This document shows, piece after piece, positions 47,721-48,128 of a stretch of DNA of 48,128 nt. Under the pieces are notes generated by a model, which was not told the origin of the DNA, searched no databases, and saw only the letters and a list, made by a program, of their open reading frames with translations. Origin of the DNA: Cyanobacteria bacterium P01_A01_bin.123 (GTDB lineage: Bacteria; Cyanobacteriota; Cyanobacteriia; Phormidesmidales; Phormidesmidaceae); assembly GCA_039815185.1 (NCBI GenBank), contig JBCBZT010000058.1, forward strand, positions 1 to 48,128, read 5' to 3'. Positions within the stretch are counted from its first letter, which is position 1; every line of letters begins with the position of its first letter. Position numbers and translations under genes: made by a program.

Positions 47721-47821
47721 CACTGACGCAAAATCTTCAATCTTCTTGATAAATAGTGCTGGCCAGATTGCTTGATGCACCGAGTGTCGCCAGAATGCTC
47801 AGCAAACAAGCAATCTGACTC

Positions 47822-47856
47822 GCAGTAGCCACAACGCTTTTTGGCTACTGCTATAG
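47822..47856. repeat. palindromic dispersed repeat, copy 2
   Basis: GCAGTAGCCA-CAACGCTTTT-TGGCTACTGC-TATAG, homologous to 21869-21913. Confidence 0.72.
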
Positions 47857-47990
47857 CTTTGGTCACCTGGCTTAAGGCACCAAAAAGCATCAGGCAGTTG
47901 CGATACGACCTAAGTTCTCTGAAGCAGACGCAAACCCACCTGTAGTATGCCCCGCCATGGGTTGAATCTTTACTCTATTGTGGCTAAGTA

Positions 47991-48128
47991 GGGCTCGCTG
48001 AAAAAGTCACTTTTGACGATTTTGTGAAACGGTAGCGCGATCAGACGTGTCCGGCAGACAGTGGTTAAGGTCATGCTTTGGCGAAGGTGTGACGGCCTTG
48101 CCAGGGAGCGACCGTAAGTCGCCAAAAA
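47991..48128 (-). mobile_element. right end of a probable IS5-family insertion sequence (continues beyond the window)
   Basis: GGGCTCGCTGAAAAAGTC resembles cyanobacterial IS5 terminal inverted repeats. An open minus-strand frame from the window edge ends ...DFFSEPYLATIE* (stop at 47970-72), running through the repeat. Confidence 0.58.

Noticed and set aside
1..48128. Frequent GCGATCGC octamers as a possible repeat array
   Set aside because: This is HIP1, a well-known genome-wide cyanobacterial feature. No regularly spaced CRISPR-like repeat-spacer array, tRNA or rRNA was seen.

Overview
Chromosomal window from a cyanobacterium, judged from psbQ (CyanoQ), an orange-carotenoid N-terminal-domain protein, FurA and frequent HIP1 GCGATCGC octamers. 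The hpsA-D cluster suggests a motile filamentous strain. Mostly core and envelope genes: a P-type ATPase, the hpsABCD minor-pilin cluster, rpmB, apt, ABC components, folP with an N-terminal fusion, bactofilin, exbD-fur, a Nif11-like protein, a GH57/DUF3536 protein, LysR, a five-gene co-oriented glycosylation-like cluster, secreted or surface proteins (an apparently inactive ExeM-like RTX protein and a Gly/Asn-repeat PEP-CTERM protein), PpiC, an SGNH hydrolase, a CHASE2-GGDEF-EAL protein and a priming sugar transferase. The accessory right end holds an integron attC-like site, an orphan ORF and the end of a probable IS5-family element. The most notable unannotated signals are: (1) an IsaR1-like sRNA whose seed is perfectly complementary to the ribosome-binding site of the neighbouring fur gene; (2) a small secreted RRGAGTR peptide divergent from the CHASE2 c-di-GMP enzyme; (3) a GT-C/GT2/toroid-enzyme/flippase module; (4) an attC-like cassette remnant; (5) a pseudo-nuclease type I secretion cargo. 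All family calls come from motif recognition by eye; no searches were run.
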